Assembly (NCBI GenBank): GCA_963850305.1 | Contig: CAWKKR010000007.1 | Coordinates: 96,001-160,000, forward strand | Length of the DNA stretch: 64,000 nt | DNA from: an uncultured delta proteobacterium | GTDB lineage: Bacteria; Myxococcota_A; Polyangia; Polyangiales; Polyangiaceae | Direction of reading: 5' to 3' | Shown: positions 30,414 through 41,554 of the stretch, in pieces | How the letters are laid out: each line of letters begins with the position of its first letter | Numbering within the stretch: position 1 is the stretch's first letter | Position numbers and translations under genes: made by a program | The notes under the pieces: model-generated | The model's database searches: none | What the model saw: only the letters and a program-made list of their open reading frames with translations | Told to the model about the DNA's origin: nothing

Positions 30414-31248
30414 CTAAGGATTCCCCTTCCCGTGCAGAATTTTTTCTGCCAGCTTCGTGCGCTGCCAGTCGGTCAACACCGGGACGGCCGCAGCGAGGAG
30501 ATCGAGCCTGAATCCGGCACGTTTTGCGCCGTTGAAAGGCAGACCTGTGACATTTGCAGTTTCGAAGGTCGGCCCGCGAAACGCCTCGAGTAAGGCGTGA
30601 CCGGCGGACCGCGGAGGGAAGCGCTCGTGGTTGGCCCCTCCGTCGCCCTCGTAAGTGCTCCCTAAGGTCTCCCGAATCTCCGAACGCTGCGCTTCCGTCG
30701 AAATCGAGGAACTTCCCCCAGAAACCAAACCAACGCCGGTTGAAATGCCTCCGATGCGTCCGGGCACCGTGTCTCGCCTCGAGCGCGTCGATGAATTGAT
30801 TGCGCTGAGCCTCGTCGAGCAAATCGTGCAAGGTAACGAGTGCGGCGAGGTCGGCGCGGTGCGCTGCGGTGGCCGCCGTCGAAAGCGCGCGCAGCTCGGG
30901 CGAAAGCAACACCCGGTCGATCTTGCCCGCACGCACCTCTCCGGCGATGGCGATGCGCAACGCATCGTCCGCGGTCTTGACGGAGGCGTGACGCGCTTGT
31001 GCAGCTGCGGTGAGCGCGTCCACGTGAGCCTTCTGCGACGGCGTCAGCGTGACCGAGCGCAAGACTTCGGTGATTGCGTCCAATCTGGTCTCCGACGGCA
31101 TCGGATTGGTCAACGCCGCTTCCGCCGAGCCGACGGCACCGACGTCATCCGTAGAAGTCGGCTGGCCCCCGCATGCGGTCGCGGCCAGCGCGGCGGCGAG
31201 CGCGAGCCCGGACAGATGCTTGTGCATCCGGAAACCGATTGGCTTCAT
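30414..31248 (-). CDS. Spy/CpxP-like (LTxxQ) periplasmic lipoprotein (1-nt frameshift near 30700)
   Basis: Lipobox ATAC; LTPSQ, LDEAQR, TEAQR, LTDWQR motifs. Split over ORFs 30184..31248 and 30414..30965. Confidence 0.65.
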
Positions 31249-31429
31249 GGGTCCCCTACTCTTCCTCGCGTCCCTTGAGGATCTGTGGAGTCAGTGGGAA
31301 ATCCGGCGATGAGCGTCCCTGACACCTGTGCACGCCCCAGGTTCATATTTTGTGGGCGGGCGTATCAGGGAGCGTGTCTGCCGATTCGTTCGGCGGCGCT
31401 CCTGCCGAAAGTGCGGTACAAGGCCGGCA

Positions 31430-32206
31430 ATGGAGCGGAGCAGAGGACCGTCCCGAGCGTGGAGGCCGTGGTGGCTCGTCCCGCTCGTCCTGGGTGTCTC
31501 TGCCTGCACGAAGATCCTCGGCATCGACGGGACGTACGGGCTCGATGACCATCCGACGCAATCGGGTGGTCCTTCGGAGCCCGACGCCGCAGCCGACGTG
31601 AATACGGCCATGGGGGGCACGGCGACGGCGATTGTAGACGCCGGCAGGGGCGGCACGGCCGGAGCCGGCGGCAATGGCGTCGACTCGGACGCTCATCCAG
31701 CCGACGGGGACACGGGTGCTGGTGGGGCGCTCGCCGACAGCGGCTGCGTGAGTTGCTGCAAGCCTGGGTCGTACGAGGGGTCCTTCACTGGAACGCACGC
31801 GCCGCAGATCACGTTCGTCGGTGTTCCCCTTCCCGTCAGCGGAACCGTCTCCCTCACGGCCTCGGGCAGCAGTCCGCAGCTGGACGTGAGGGGCACCTTT
31901 TCCGGTACGATCGGAAGCACCTGCACGCCGGGGATGACGGGCTCGTGTCCGTTCCCGGGCGGCCCGTTCGAAGAAACTCTCGTCGGCACACTCGATTGTC
32001 ACAAGCAGCAGGTTACGGGTTCGATCATCGCGGGCACGATCGTGAACGCGCCCGGAATCACGCTCGTCGGCACCTTCACGGCGAGCTTCGTCGGTCCGGG
32101 GGCACTCTCCGGAAATTGGAGCGAACAGGAATCGCCCGGACCCGCGGTGCAAATCACACCCCAGGATGGAACTGGAAGCGGGAGCTGGGTCGCGACTCCG
32201 AACTGA
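31430..32206 (+). CDS. Lipoprotein, hypothetical
   Basis: Lipobox VSAC-TKILGIDGTY, DAG linker, beta-rich C-terminal domain. Confidence 0.7.
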   Translation: MERSRGPSRAWRPWWLVPLVLGVSACTKILGIDGTYGLDDHPTQSGGPSEPDAAADVNTAMGGTATAIVDAGRGGTAGAGGNGVDSDAHPADGDTGAGGALADSGCVSCCKPGSYEGSFTGTHAPQITFVGVPLPVSGTVSLTASGSSPQLDVRGTFSGTIGSTCTPGMTGSCPFPGGPFEETLVGTLDCHKQQVTGSIIAGTIVNAPGITLVGTFTASFVGPGALSGNWSEQESPGPAVQITPQDGTGSGSWVATPN

Positions 32207-32249
32207 GCCAGCGGGCGATCCCGCAAGAACAGCCGTCGTCATCCGTGGT

Positions 32250-32948
32250 TCATGGATCGAAGAGCCCTCTCGCGAGCGCGATGGGTTCGATGCACGCCGG
32301 GCCGTCGTGCCCAGGCTTGTTCACCCAGGAGCTGACCGGAACGGCGACGAGCTCAGGAGACGTCGCGGCGAGGAGCCGCGAAAGTGTACCGGGATCGCGC
32401 GGTCCTGGAGCGAGCCATTCGTCGTAGCTCGGTTCCGAAAGGATTGCGGGCATTCGGGAGTGGAGCTCCGCGACCGGTGCCACGGAGGGCTTCGTGACGA
32501 CCGTGAACGTTTCCACAATCTCCCCGTCGTGCGACATCCACCGGTCCCAGAGCCCCGCCATCGCGAGAAGAGCGCGGTCGACCCGCGTGACATAATAGGG
32601 CTGCTTCCCTTTTTCGCGCCGTTGCCATTCGTAAAAGCCGTCCACTACGACGAGGCAGCGGCGCTCGCGGAAGGGGTCGCGGAACGTGTTTCGCTCCGCG
32701 AGAGTCTCCATGCGAGCGTTGATGAGCTGGTGGGCAATCGACGATTCTCGCGACCACGAGGGCACGAGGCCCCAGCGCAGTAGATCGATGCGACGACCCT
32801 CCGTTGCCGACAGAACGCGAACCACCGGAACGATGTCGCTCGGCGCAACGTTGTATCTCGGGCGGACGTCGAGTCGAGCCGGAACGCCGGTGATGCTGAA
32901 CTCGCGGTGGAGGCGCGCCGGATCGGCCTGGCTGAAGCGACCACACAC
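32250..32948 (-). CDS. SOS response-associated peptidase (SRAP/YedK/HMCES family)
   Basis: MCGRF, RYNVAPS, WGLVP, INARME, GFYEW, HSRMP. Confidence 0.93.
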   Translation of the reverse strand: MCGRFSQADPARLHREFSITGVPARLDVRPRYNVAPSDIVPVVRVLSATEGRRIDLLRWGLVPSWSRESSIAHQLINARMETLAERNTFRDPFRERRCLVVVDGFYEWQRREKGKQPYYVTRVDRALLAMAGLWDRWMSHDGEIVETFTVVTKPSVAPVAELHSRMPAILSEPSYDEWLAPGPRDPGTLSRLLAATSPELVAVPVSSWVNKPGHDGPACIEPIALARGLFDP

Positions 32949-33061
32949 CCCATCAACATAACAGCGGATGCGCCGCGAGTGCGCGTTTACGGATGCCGCC
33001 GAGTACGGCTAAGCTCCCGGGTTCCCATGCCCCTCGCTCGCTCGAAATCGCAGTCTTCTCG

Positions 33062-35794
33062 ATGACGCCAGAAACGGACGACCGCGAGAGGGAACGTCTC
33101 GCGGAAGATGAGGCCCGCCAGAAGAACTGGAAGCGCTGGGGGCCGTACCTCTCGGAACGTCAGTGGGGCACCGTGCGCGAGGACTACTCGGACGCCGGGG
33201 ATTCGTGGGAGTATTTCCCGCACGAGCAGGCGCGAAGTCGTGCCTACCGGTGGGGTGAGGACGGGCTGCTCGGTATCTGCGATCGGCAAGCACGACTCTG
33301 CTTCGCGTTCGCCCTCTGGAACGAGAAGGACCCGATTCTCAAGGAGCGCCTGTTCGGGCTGACCGGCCCGGAGGGTAACCACGGCGAGGACGTCAAGGAG
33401 CTCTATTATTACCTCGATGCGACGCCCACGAGCTCGTATCTGAAGGCGCTCTACAAGTACCCGCAGGCGGCGTTCCCTTACGAGTTGCTCCTGGCGGAGA
33501 ACCGCAAGCGGAGCCGGCTGCAGCCCGAATACGAGGTCGTCGACACCGGTGTCTTCGACGAAAGCCGTTACTTCGACGTCCTCGTCGAATACGCGAAGGT
33601 GGCCCCCGACGACATTTTGATTTCTCTCACGGTCTCGAATCGCGGGCCCGAGAGAGCGTCGCTTCACGTGCTCCCGACACTCTGGTTCCGGAACACGTGG
33701 GTCTGGGGACGTACGGGGGAGGGCTACTCGACGCGACCGGAGATTGTCCGGACGAGTCCGACGAGCGTCACGGCGCACCATCCGGAGTTCGACGAAATGC
33801 AGCTCTGCTTCGATCTAGCCGACGGAGCAGCTCCGGAGCTCCTCTTCACCGAGAACGAAACGAATGCAAAGCGCCTCTTCGGCTCGGTTTCGGTCGCGCC
33901 GCACACCAAAGACGCCTTTCACGACTACGTCGTCGCGAAGGACGTCCAGGCCGTCAACGCCGACGGTCGTGGCACGAAGGTGGCTGCGCATTATCGACTG
34001 TCGCTCCAGGCGGGCGCGTCCATGACGTTGCGCGCGCGCCTTTCGAGCACTCACACGGGAGTCACGGCGCCGTTCGACGGCCGGTTCGCCTCCGAGTTTT
34101 CCGCGCGGAAGAGCGAAGCGGACGCGTTTTACGCCTCCGTGCTGCCCAGGAACGCGACGCCGGACGAACTGGAGATCGCGCGACAGGCTCATGCCGGGCT
34201 CTTCTGGTCGAAGCAATTCTATCACTACGCCGTCGATCAGTGGATCGACGGCGATCCGCCGTGGCCCCGGTCCCCCGCGGCGCGACCCCTCGCTCGAAAC
34301 CAGCAGTGGCGTCACGTCTACTGCAGGGACGTCATCTCGATGCCGGACAAGTGGGAGTACCCGTGGTTCGCCGCGTGGGATCTCGCGTTCCATATGCTGC
34401 CGTTCGCGCGGACGGATCCGAACTTCGCAAAAGATCAGCTCATCCTCCTGCTCCGCGAGTGGTACATGCACCCGAACGGGCAGATCCCCGCCTACGAGTT
34501 CGCCTTCGGGGACGTCAATCCGCCGGTTCACGCGTGGGCGGCGTTTCGAGTTTACAAGATGTCGGCGCCGCGCGGGCATCGCGACGTGAAGTTTCTCGCG
34601 CGAACCTTCCAGAAGCTTCTCTTGAACTTCACATGGTGGGTGAATCGAAAGGACGAGCAGGGCAACAACCTCTTTGCCGGAGGATTTCTCGGGCTCGACA
34701 ACATCGGGATCTTCGATCGCTCGAAGCCATTGCCCACCGGTGGATACCTCGAACAGGCCGACGGAACGGCGTGGATGGCGTTCTACTCGGCGACGATGCT
34801 TTCGATCGCTCTCGAGCTGGCTCAGTTCGATCGTGCGTACGAGGACATGGCGTCGAAGTTTTTCGAACACTTCGTGGCAATCGTCGACGCGATGAACACG
34901 TTCGGCGGGACCGGTCTCTGGGACGAGGTCGACGGCTTCTATTACGACCAGCTTCACGTGCACGGTAATCCGATACCGCTCCGGACTCGTTCGATGGTCG
35001 GTGTGATCCCGCTCTTCGCGGTCGGCGTGCTCGAAGACGAGGTCATCAATCACCTGCCGGGATTCAAGAAGCGACTGGAGTGGTTTCTGGAAAACCGCCG
35101 TGATCTGTCGGCCCACATTTCCTACCTCGAGCACGATCACGAAGACTGCGGCCGCCGGCTTCTCGCCGTCCCGTCGCGGGAACGGCTTGAACGCGTGCTC
35201 CGATACGTGCTCGACGAGAAAGAATTCCTTTCACCGCACGGCGTGCGCTCGCTCAGCCGCGTCCATCTCGAGCACCCATTCGTTCTCGACGTGGAAGGCG
35301 TCGAGCACCGGGTGGCGTACACGCCGGGGGATTCCGACAGCTGGCTCTTTGGCGGCAATTCCAACTGGCGCGGGCCCGTCTGGTTCCCGCTCAACTACCT
35401 TCTGGTCGAGGCCCTGGAGCGGTACCACCACTTCTATGGCGATGGGCTCCGCGTCGAATGCCCCGCCGGATCCGGTCGACTGATGAACCTGGACCAGGTG
35501 GCGGGGGAGATCGCGGCACGGCTCTCGAACATCTTTCTTCCACGCGCGGACGGATCGCGACCCTGCCACGGAGACGATCGGCGCTACGCCACCGATCCGA
35601 ACTTTCGCGATCTCCTCCTCTTCAACGAATACTTCAATGGGGACGACGGTCGGGGCGTCGGCGCGACGCACCAGACGGGGTGGACCGCCCTCGTCGTCGG
35701 CTGTCTCGAGGGTGTCGCGCAGCGCCGCGCGGGCACACCCCGCGCAACGTCGCTGGCCCCGCCCGTTCCGCCTCGCTCAGCGCGCGAGCAGTGA
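33062..35794 (+). CDS. MGH1-like/GH63 glycoside hydrolase
   Basis: WGPYLSERQWGTVREDYS, SMPDKWEYPWFAAWDLAFH, GGNSNWRGPVW, GATHQTGWT. Confidence 0.9.
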   Translation: MTPETDDRERERLAEDEARQKNWKRWGPYLSERQWGTVREDYSDAGDSWEYFPHEQARSRAYRWGEDGLLGICDRQARLCFAFALWNEKDPILKERLFGLTGPEGNHGEDVKELYYYLDATPTSSYLKALYKYPQAAFPYELLLAENRKRSRLQPEYEVVDTGVFDESRYFDVLVEYAKVAPDDILISLTVSNRGPERASLHVLPTLWFRNTWVWGRTGEGYSTRPEIVRTSPTSVTAHHPEFDEMQLCFDLADGAAPELLFTENETNAKRLFGSVSVAPHTKDAFHDYVVAKDVQAVNADGRGTKVAAHYRLSLQAGASMTLRARLSSTHTGVTAPFDGRFASEFSARKSEADAFYASVLPRNATPDELEIARQAHAGLFWSKQFYHYAVDQWIDGDPPWPRSPAARPLARNQQWRHVYCRDVISMPDKWEYPWFAAWDLAFHMLPFARTDPNFAKDQLILLLREWYMHPNGQIPAYEFAFGDVNPPVHAWAAFRVYKMSAPRGHRDVKFLARTFQKLLLNFTWWVNRKDEQGNNLFAGGFLGLDNIGIFDRSKPLPTGGYLEQADGTAWMAFYSATMLSIALELAQFDRAYEDMASKFFEHFVAIVDAMNTFGGTGLWDEVDGFYYDQLHVHGNPIPLRTRSMVGVIPLFAVGVLEDEVINHLPGFKKRLEWFLENRRDLSAHISYLEHDHEDCGRRLLAVPSRERLERVLRYVLDEKEFLSPHGVRSLSRVHLEHPFVLDVEGVEHRVAYTPGDSDSWLFGGNSNWRGPVWFPLNYLLVEALERYHHFYGDGLRVECPAGSGRLMNLDQVAGEIAARLSNIFLPRADGSRPCHGDDRRYATDPNFRDLLLFNEYFNGDDGRGVGATHQTGWTALVVGCLEGVAQRRAGTPRATSLAPPVPPRSAREQ

Positions 35795-36439
35795 ACCAAG
35801 CCGGGCGCGGACGTCCGGCCATTCTGCGCGGATGATCGAGAAGAACGCCGAATCTCGCACGATGCCGTCCGTTGCGGGCTTGTCCGCGCGCCGGATCCCC
35901 TCGAACGTCGCCCCGAGTCGGACGATCGCGTTCCGCGAACGCTGGTTTCGCGCGTCCGTACGGAGTGCCACACGATGCACGTCCCACACGTCGAACGCGT
36001 GGGTGAGGAGGAGTAACTTCGCTTCCGTGTTACAAGGTGTGCGCTGTGCGGATGCGGCGAGCCACGTGTGGCCGATCTCGACGACGTCCGGTCGATTCAC
36101 ACGGCAGAACGGTGAATCCACCGGCCATTCCCACGACTGAAGGTCCCAAAAGCTCGTGCTCCCGACGACTCGTGAGCGCCAGACTATCGTGAACGGAATT
36201 CGGAGTCCGGCGCTTCTGTCGCGGAGGGCTCGTTCGACGTAGCGAGCCGCGCCTTCGACGCCGTCCGGGACGGGACTGAGCCCGTAGTGTTCACGCGACT
36301 CGGCTGCTGCGACGGAAAGGGGCTTGGCGTCCGCCATCGAGAGCGGTCGGAGCACGATCTCCGGCCCTTCGAGCACGATCGGCGACGCTGCGAAATGTTC
36401 CACGCCAGGTCGACTACAACCTCGCTCCTTGTTCGTCAA
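35777..36439 (-). CDS. GNAT N-acetyltransferase (RimJ/RimL type)
   Basis: VEIGHTWL..SAQRTPCNTEAKLLLLTHAF, TDARNQRS, EGIRR. Confidence 0.88.
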   Translation of the reverse strand: MTNKERGCSRPGVEHFAASPIVLEGPEIVLRPLSMADAKPLSVAAAESREHYGLSPVPDGVEGAARYVERALRDRSAGLRIPFTIVWRSRVVGSTSFWDLQSWEWPVDSPFCRVNRPDVVEIGHTWLAASAQRTPCNTEAKLLLLTHAFDVWDVHRVALRTDARNQRSRNAIVRLGATFEGIRRADKPATDGIVRDSAFFSIIRAEWPDVRARLGSLLAR

Positions 36440-36480
36440 CGGTGTCGCGGTCGTCTATGCTGTCGTCGAAAGGCGGGAAC

Positions 36481-37617
36481 ATGAGCGGCGGCGAACACAT
36501 CATCCTCGTGCCTGGTCTCTTCGGGTTTTCGAGCATCGCGGGTATCGACTATTTCGCCGAAGCCGCGAAGATTCTCTCGCGAGCATGCGAGATACCCCTC
36601 GCCAACATCGAGACGTTACCGACGCCGCCCACCGGATCCTTCTGGCGGCGCGTCGATACCCTCCACGCATGCGTCCAGAAGATGGTTCGCGCCGAGGCGG
36701 CGAAGATCCATCTCGTCGGGCACTCGACGGGTGGCGTGGATGTCCGGTTGCTCACGAACTCGAGGTATCTCTGGCCCGGCGGGCCCGAAGGAAGGGCGCG
36801 GACGGCCTTTTTCGACCGGGTTGGCGCGGTCATCTCCATCTCCGCGCCCCACCAGGGAACCCCGATCGCACGAAGGTTTCGTGGGAAGATGGAATCGTCG
36901 ATCCCGTTCTTGTTCGGGATCAGCGTGCTCGCGAAGCTCGGCACTGGCTTTCTGAGCCACCTGAAGAATCTCGAGCTCGAAGCCGCGCTCGCGGTTGCCC
37001 TCACGACCGACTCCGACAAACCGCTGAACATGAGAATGCTCAGGGCCGCGGCAGGCGGCGCCGGTGCAGAGCTCGCGGACTTTCTCGCGCAGATTGTCGA
37101 AGATCACCCGTTGATTCACGAGCTCACCCCGTTTGCCATGGGCAAGCTGAATGCCAAGCTCGAAGGTGCCGACGACCAGCTCGAGGTCACCAACTTCGTC
37201 ACGGTTGCGCCACCACCCTCCGTCCACGCTGCGGACTTCAAGATTGGACAGCTGGTCGCACCGATCCAGAGGGTCCTCTATTTCGCGTCGTTCGAGGGGG
37301 CGCGGCTCGAGCCGGATGAATTCGGGCAGCTCCCCGATGCCCCATGGATCGGCATTCCGGAGAACCTCGACCGTTTCCGTCACGTCGCCCAGGACGGCGT
37401 CGTTCCTGCCGCGTCTCAGACGCACGATGGCCACGCGGCGGCTTTGATCTACGGTGACCACCTGGACGTGGTCGGGCACTACGTGGGCGCCGCGCACGGG
37501 GGCGAAACCGTCTTCGACTCCGGTGCGAACTTCGACGACGCGAGGATGGAAGCGACCTGGAAGGCCGTCGGCGCCGCGATCCGTGCGAAGCGCAACGCGC
37601 CTTCCGACCGGCAGTGA
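36481..37617 (+). CDS. Lipase/esterase (alpha/beta hydrolase)
   Basis: LVPGLFGF, GHSTGG, PHQGTP, DGVVP..SQ, DHLDVVGH. Confidence 0.88.
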   Translation: MSGGEHIILVPGLFGFSSIAGIDYFAEAAKILSRACEIPLANIETLPTPPTGSFWRRVDTLHACVQKMVRAEAAKIHLVGHSTGGVDVRLLTNSRYLWPGGPEGRARTAFFDRVGAVISISAPHQGTPIARRFRGKMESSIPFLFGISVLAKLGTGFLSHLKNLELEAALAVALTTDSDKPLNMRMLRAAAGGAGAELADFLAQIVEDHPLIHELTPFAMGKLNAKLEGADDQLEVTNFVTVAPPPSVHAADFKIGQLVAPIQRVLYFASFEGARLEPDEFGQLPDAPWIGIPENLDRFRHVAQDGVVPAASQTHDGHAAALIYGDHLDVVGHYVGAAHGGETVFDSGANFDDARMEATWKAVGAAIRAKRNAPSDRQ

Positions 37618-37731
37618 CTACCCGGAGTCGAGAAGAAAGCGCCCGCGATCGACTCGCCGTAAAGGAAGACGGAGAATGCGCGCTTCTGACGATTTGTTGG
37701 GGTTTGTTTTTGCGACTATGCTCCGTCGCGT

Positions 37732-38610
37732 TTGAACGTCGCGAAACGGCACTCCAGGGATCCAGCGCTCGGTGACGTGCTGACGCTGACGGACGGCGCG
37801 GCGGGCGGTAGTTCCGTCGAGCTTTTTCCGGGACGCGGGGCGCTGGTCACGTCCTTCCGCGTCGGCGGCCGAGAGCTCCTCTATCTCGACGCCTCGACGC
37901 TGCACGACCTTTCGAAGAACGTTCGCGGAGGGATTCCGATCCTGTTCCCGGCGCCAGGCAAGCTCGACCACGACGAGTGGCGCCAGGGTGGTCACCGCGG
38001 CTCGATGAAGCAGCACGGTTTTGCGCGGAATCTCGCGTGGACGGTCGAGAAAACCGGGGTGGCTCCGTCGCCGTTCGCGACGCTCTCTCTGGCGTCATCC
38101 GACGTTACGCGTGCCCAATACCCCTGGGACTTTCAGGCGACGTTCACGTTCGTCCTGCGGGGCCCGAGTCTTCGCGTCGAGCAGACGATCGCGAACACGG
38201 GCGGCGAGCGGATGCCGTTCGGTATCGGATTTCATCCATACTTCGGCGTGTCGGATAAGGCGCACGCTCGGATCGACACCCGGGCCACGCGCGCGTTCGA
38301 CAACGTCACGAAGACGGAGGTCCCGTTCGAGGGGTTCGAGCTCACCGCGCCCGAACTCGACATTCATCTCCTCGATCACGGCAGCACGGCGAGCGCGCTT
38401 CACTTGCCCGACGGATCGCGGATCGACGTTGCCGGGTCGTCGAGCTTCACGCACTTCGTCGTATGGACGCTCGCGGGCAAGGATTTCGTCTGTCTCGAGC
38501 CGTGGACGATGCCAGGGAACGCGCTCAACACTGGCGATCGCTTGCTCTGGCTCGACCCGGGCGCGTCGCAAACGTCGTGGATCGAGCTTGCGTTCGTCGC
38601 GTCGGTCTGA
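37732..38610 (+). CDS. Aldose 1-epimerase/galactose mutarotase-like protein
   Basis: RGGIPILFP, QHGFARN, GFHPYF, FVCLEPW. Confidence 0.9.
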   Translation: MNVAKRHSRDPALGDVLTLTDGAAGGSSVELFPGRGALVTSFRVGGRELLYLDASTLHDLSKNVRGGIPILFPAPGKLDHDEWRQGGHRGSMKQHGFARNLAWTVEKTGVAPSPFATLSLASSDVTRAQYPWDFQATFTFVLRGPSLRVEQTIANTGGERMPFGIGFHPYFGVSDKAHARIDTRATRAFDNVTKTEVPFEGFELTAPELDIHLLDHGSTASALHLPDGSRIDVAGSSSFTHFVVWTLAGKDFVCLEPWTMPGNALNTGDRLLWLDPGASQTSWIELAFVASV

Positions 38611-38633
38611 CGCTTGCGCAGCCGGGCGATTGC

Positions 38634-39779
38634 CTAGGGCGCTGGCAATCGGGTGCGGACGTCCGCGCAGGTGGCATTGTCCGGCATCCGGACGGAAATC
38701 ATTTTCCCGGGTCCCGATGGCGTGAACACCGGACGGTTCTCGTCGATGAACCCCGACTGCGATGACGTGCACGTCGTGCCGCCCTGGACGTGACAGCCGA
38801 TGATGCTCGAGTCGATCGCCGCCACGCCACCGGGCGCGGCGATCGTCACCGCGCCGTCGAGCTCGTCGCAGCTCGTCAGCGTCCCGCTCAGCGACATGAC
38901 GGTTCGCTGCGCCAGGTAAAGTTGATCCGCAAGCGGTGTTCCGGGGAAGGGAATGCTCGTCGGTGGGTAGCTGTAACCGGGGCCGGTCGCGGGAATGATG
39001 GTGACTCCAGGGTTCTGGTCCTTGTCCTCATCCACTTCATTGACCGACGCCGTTCCCGGCCACTGCGCGGTCGCGGCATTGTCGAGGGTCAAGCCGATCA
39101 GATAGGCAAATGGGTTGGTCGTGAAACCGAACCCGGAGGGAGTGATCGTCACCGAGATCGTGAATGCGGTCGGCGGGATGTTCCCGCTGTCGAAGATGGT
39201 GTCCGGAAACCGAATACCGAAGGCCGATGCCCCACCGAAGATGTTCGTCTGGAAATCGGGGGTGGTGATGCCGCATGGCACCGAGGATGCGGTGACGGAT
39301 CCCCCGGGCGTCGCCTGAGTTTCGCGCGAGAGCACCCACTGGTTCAGCGTTCCCTGGCTCGCGATGATCGCGATCGTGGCGGGCCACGTGACCGGAACCT
39401 GACCGAACGTCGCCCAGGTGCCCGTGAAATTGCAGAGAAGAGGATTGAACGCGCCCGCATCGCTTCCCGTCCCTGTCGACACTCCACCGGTGCCGAGCGC
39501 GTTCGTGAACCCGCCCGTGCTCGTGAACCCGCCCGTGTTCGAGAAGCCGCCTGCGCCACTGGCAATTGCGAATCCCCCGCTGCCGTCAAAGAACCCGCTG
39601 GAACCACCTGCGAAGTCCGGTCCCGCGCCGCCGGCGCTCATTGATGTGCCACCCTCGGAACGGGGATCCGTCTCGTATGAGGGGGACCCTCCGAAGAGCC
39701 CTACGCCGCTAGACGATCCACATGCCGATACGGCCAGCAACGTGACGAGCGCCGGAGCAAAATGGCGAAATGACAACAC
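38634..39779 (-). CDS. Lipoprotein, hypothetical
   Basis: Lipobox VSAC, Gly linker, DEDKDQNPGVT possible Ca-binding loop, C-terminal CADVR. Confidence 0.7.
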   Translation of the reverse strand: MLSFRHFAPALVTLLAVSACGSSSGVGLFGGSPSYETDPRSEGGTSMSAGGAGPDFAGGSSGFFDGSGGFAIASGAGGFSNTGGFTSTGGFTNALGTGGVSTGTGSDAGAFNPLLCNFTGTWATFGQVPVTWPATIAIIASQGTLNQWVLSRETQATPGGSVTASSVPCGITTPDFQTNIFGGASAFGIRFPDTIFDSGNIPPTAFTISVTITPSGFGFTTNPFAYLIGLTLDNAATAQWPGTASVNEVDEDKDQNPGVTIIPATGPGYSYPPTSIPFPGTPLADQLYLAQRTVMSLSGTLTSCDELDGAVTIAAPGGVAAIDSSIIGCHVQGGTTCTSSQSGFIDENRPVFTPSGPGKMISVRMPDNATCADVRTRLPAP

Positions 39780-39900
39780 GGAGCGCTTCAACTTTCCCGA
39801 TCGGTGATCATGGCACCAATTGCCCACTCAGGGAACGTCGAACCACGTCCGAAGCCATGCCCCGGAGCTCATCGCCGCAATGCGTAATGCCGTCGAGCCC

Positions 39901-40239
39901 TCACCCGCGCGCCTTCACGATCAGGTAACGGAGCGGCTCCGTCTCCGATGAATTGGTCAATGCGAGCACGGAACCGAGCGGCAAATACACGACTTCCCCG
40001 GCGGTCAACGGATGGAGACCTCCATCCACGCTCGCCTCGCCCTGCCCCTCGAGTCCGATGACGACCTCCGGGAACTCTTGCTGCGCGTGCCGACCGACCG
40101 AGCCTCCAGGCTCGAGCTCGCACGACAGGACCGCCGTGAAAGGGGGGGCTGCGACGGAAAGGAGATTCCATACGTGCACGGCGCCGTGGCCTCCGAACAG
40201 GTTTGCGTGAACGAGCGGCGCGCCCTTCTGAATCCTCAT
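39901..40239 (-). CDS. Cupin domain protein
   Basis: ELEPGGSVGRHAQQEFPE, LEGQG, PLGSVLALTN. Confidence 0.8.
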   Translation of the reverse strand: MRIQKGAPLVHANLFGGHGAVHVWNLLSVAAPPFTAVLSCELEPGGSVGRHAQQEFPEVVIGLEGQGEASVDGGLHPLTAGEVVYLPLGSVLALTNSSETEPLRYLIVKARG

Positions 40240-40321
40240 TGCCCCAGGGTAATCCGCGCTGTCCGAAATGCGCCAGGGTTCACCCCTTCCTGCGTCACCG
40301 CCGTCGCCGATGGCTCGAGCG

Positions 40322-41554
40322 CTAGAGCGACGTCTTCGAGAAATCTCGGAGGTAGTGGCAGGTGTAACCGCCCGGGTTCTTCTCGAGGTAGTGCTGGTGG
40401 TACTCCTCCGCGCGCGTGAACGGACCTGCGGGAACGACCTGCGTCACGACGGGAGCGGGCCACTCGTGGCTCGCGTCCACCTTCTTCTTCACGCGCTCCG
40501 CCGTTTCGAGCTGGGCAGCCGACGTCGCGAAGATTGCCGACCGATACTGCGACCCGATGTCGTTCCCCTGCTGGTTCGGGAGCGTCGGATCGTGCATCCG
40601 GAAAAACCACTTTTCGAGCAAATCCTCGTAGGACAGCTTCTTCGGATCGAAGATCACGCGCACGGATTCGGCGTCCCCGGTCGTCCCGGTGTGCACGTCT
40701 TCGTACGTCACGCCGGCCTTGCCGCCCTCGTAGCCGACCTCCGTCGAGACCACGCCGGGGATCTTGCGCAAGATTTCCTCCATTCCCCAGAAGCAACCGC
40801 CTGCGAGGATCGCCGTGTCGAGCGTCGCGGTGCATCCCGGCTTCTGTCCGGGCGCGGGCGTCGTGCAGCTGTTGCCGTCGGTGGCCGACGTCGGGGGCTC
40901 CGGTGCGTTCGTCGCAGCACTCGGTCCGAAGAGCGGCAAGTAAGCCCCGTAACCCTGCGCGGCGAGATCGTTCACGCGGATGAACCGGAGCGCGGCGGAG
41001 TTGATGCAGTAGCGTAGTCCCGTCGGCGGCGGCCCATCGTCGAACACGTGACCGAGGTGCGACTGGCCGTCGCGCGAACGCACCTCGGTGCGCTCCATCC
41101 CGAGCGTGCTGTCGGTGTGCTTGACGATGTGCGCCGGGTCCACCGGGCGGCTGAAGCTCGGCCAGCCCGTGCCGGAATCGAACTTGTCGCGCGAGCTGAA
41201 CAGCGGCTCGCCGCTGGCCACATCGACGTAGAGCCCCTCTTCGTGATTGTCCCAGTACTGATTCGCAAACGGAGGCTCGGTTGCAGCGTTCTGCGTCACT
41301 TCATACGAGAGCGGCGCGAGCATGCGCTTCAGCTCTTCGTCCGTCGGCTTCCGATAAGTGCGTGCCGTCACGGTAACTGGAGCCGCGGCCGTCGTGGGAG
41401 CAGATGGGGGCGACGGGGTGCTGGTCGCAGCAACGGGTTCCGGCAGAGGTGCGGCGCGTTGTGCGCAGCCGGTTGCAAGCGCGACGAAGAGCAGGCTGAA
41501 CAGCCGAAGGAATCGAGGAACGGCCTTTTCGGTTCCGGTGAACCAGATCCACAT
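40322..41554 (-). CDS. msrBA: Bifunctional methionine sulfoxide reductase MsrB-MsrA lipoprotein
   Basis: Lipobox ATGC; Msr[21 protein letters not shown]; MsrA GCFWG, QYRS, AEEYHQ. Confidence 0.92.
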   Translation of the reverse strand: MWIWFTGTEKAVPRFLRLFSLLFVALATGCAQRAAPLPEPVAATSTPSPPSAPTTAAAPVTVTARTYRKPTDEELKRMLAPLSYEVTQNAATEPPFANQYWDNHEEGLYVDVASGEPLFSSRDKFDSGTGWPSFSRPVDPAHIVKHTDSTLGMERTEVRSRDGQSHLGHVFDDGPPPTGLRYCINSAALRFIRVNDLAAQGYGAYLPLFGPSAATNAPEPPTSATDGNSCTTPAPGQKPGCTATLDTAILAGGCFWGMEEILRKIPGVVSTEVGYEGGKAGVTYEDVHTGTTGDAESVRVIFDPKKLSYEDLLEKWFFRMHDPTLPNQQGNDIGSQYRSAIFATSAAQLETAERVKKKVDASHEWPAPVVTQVVPAGPFTRAEEYHQHYLEKNPGGYTCHYLRDFSKTSL

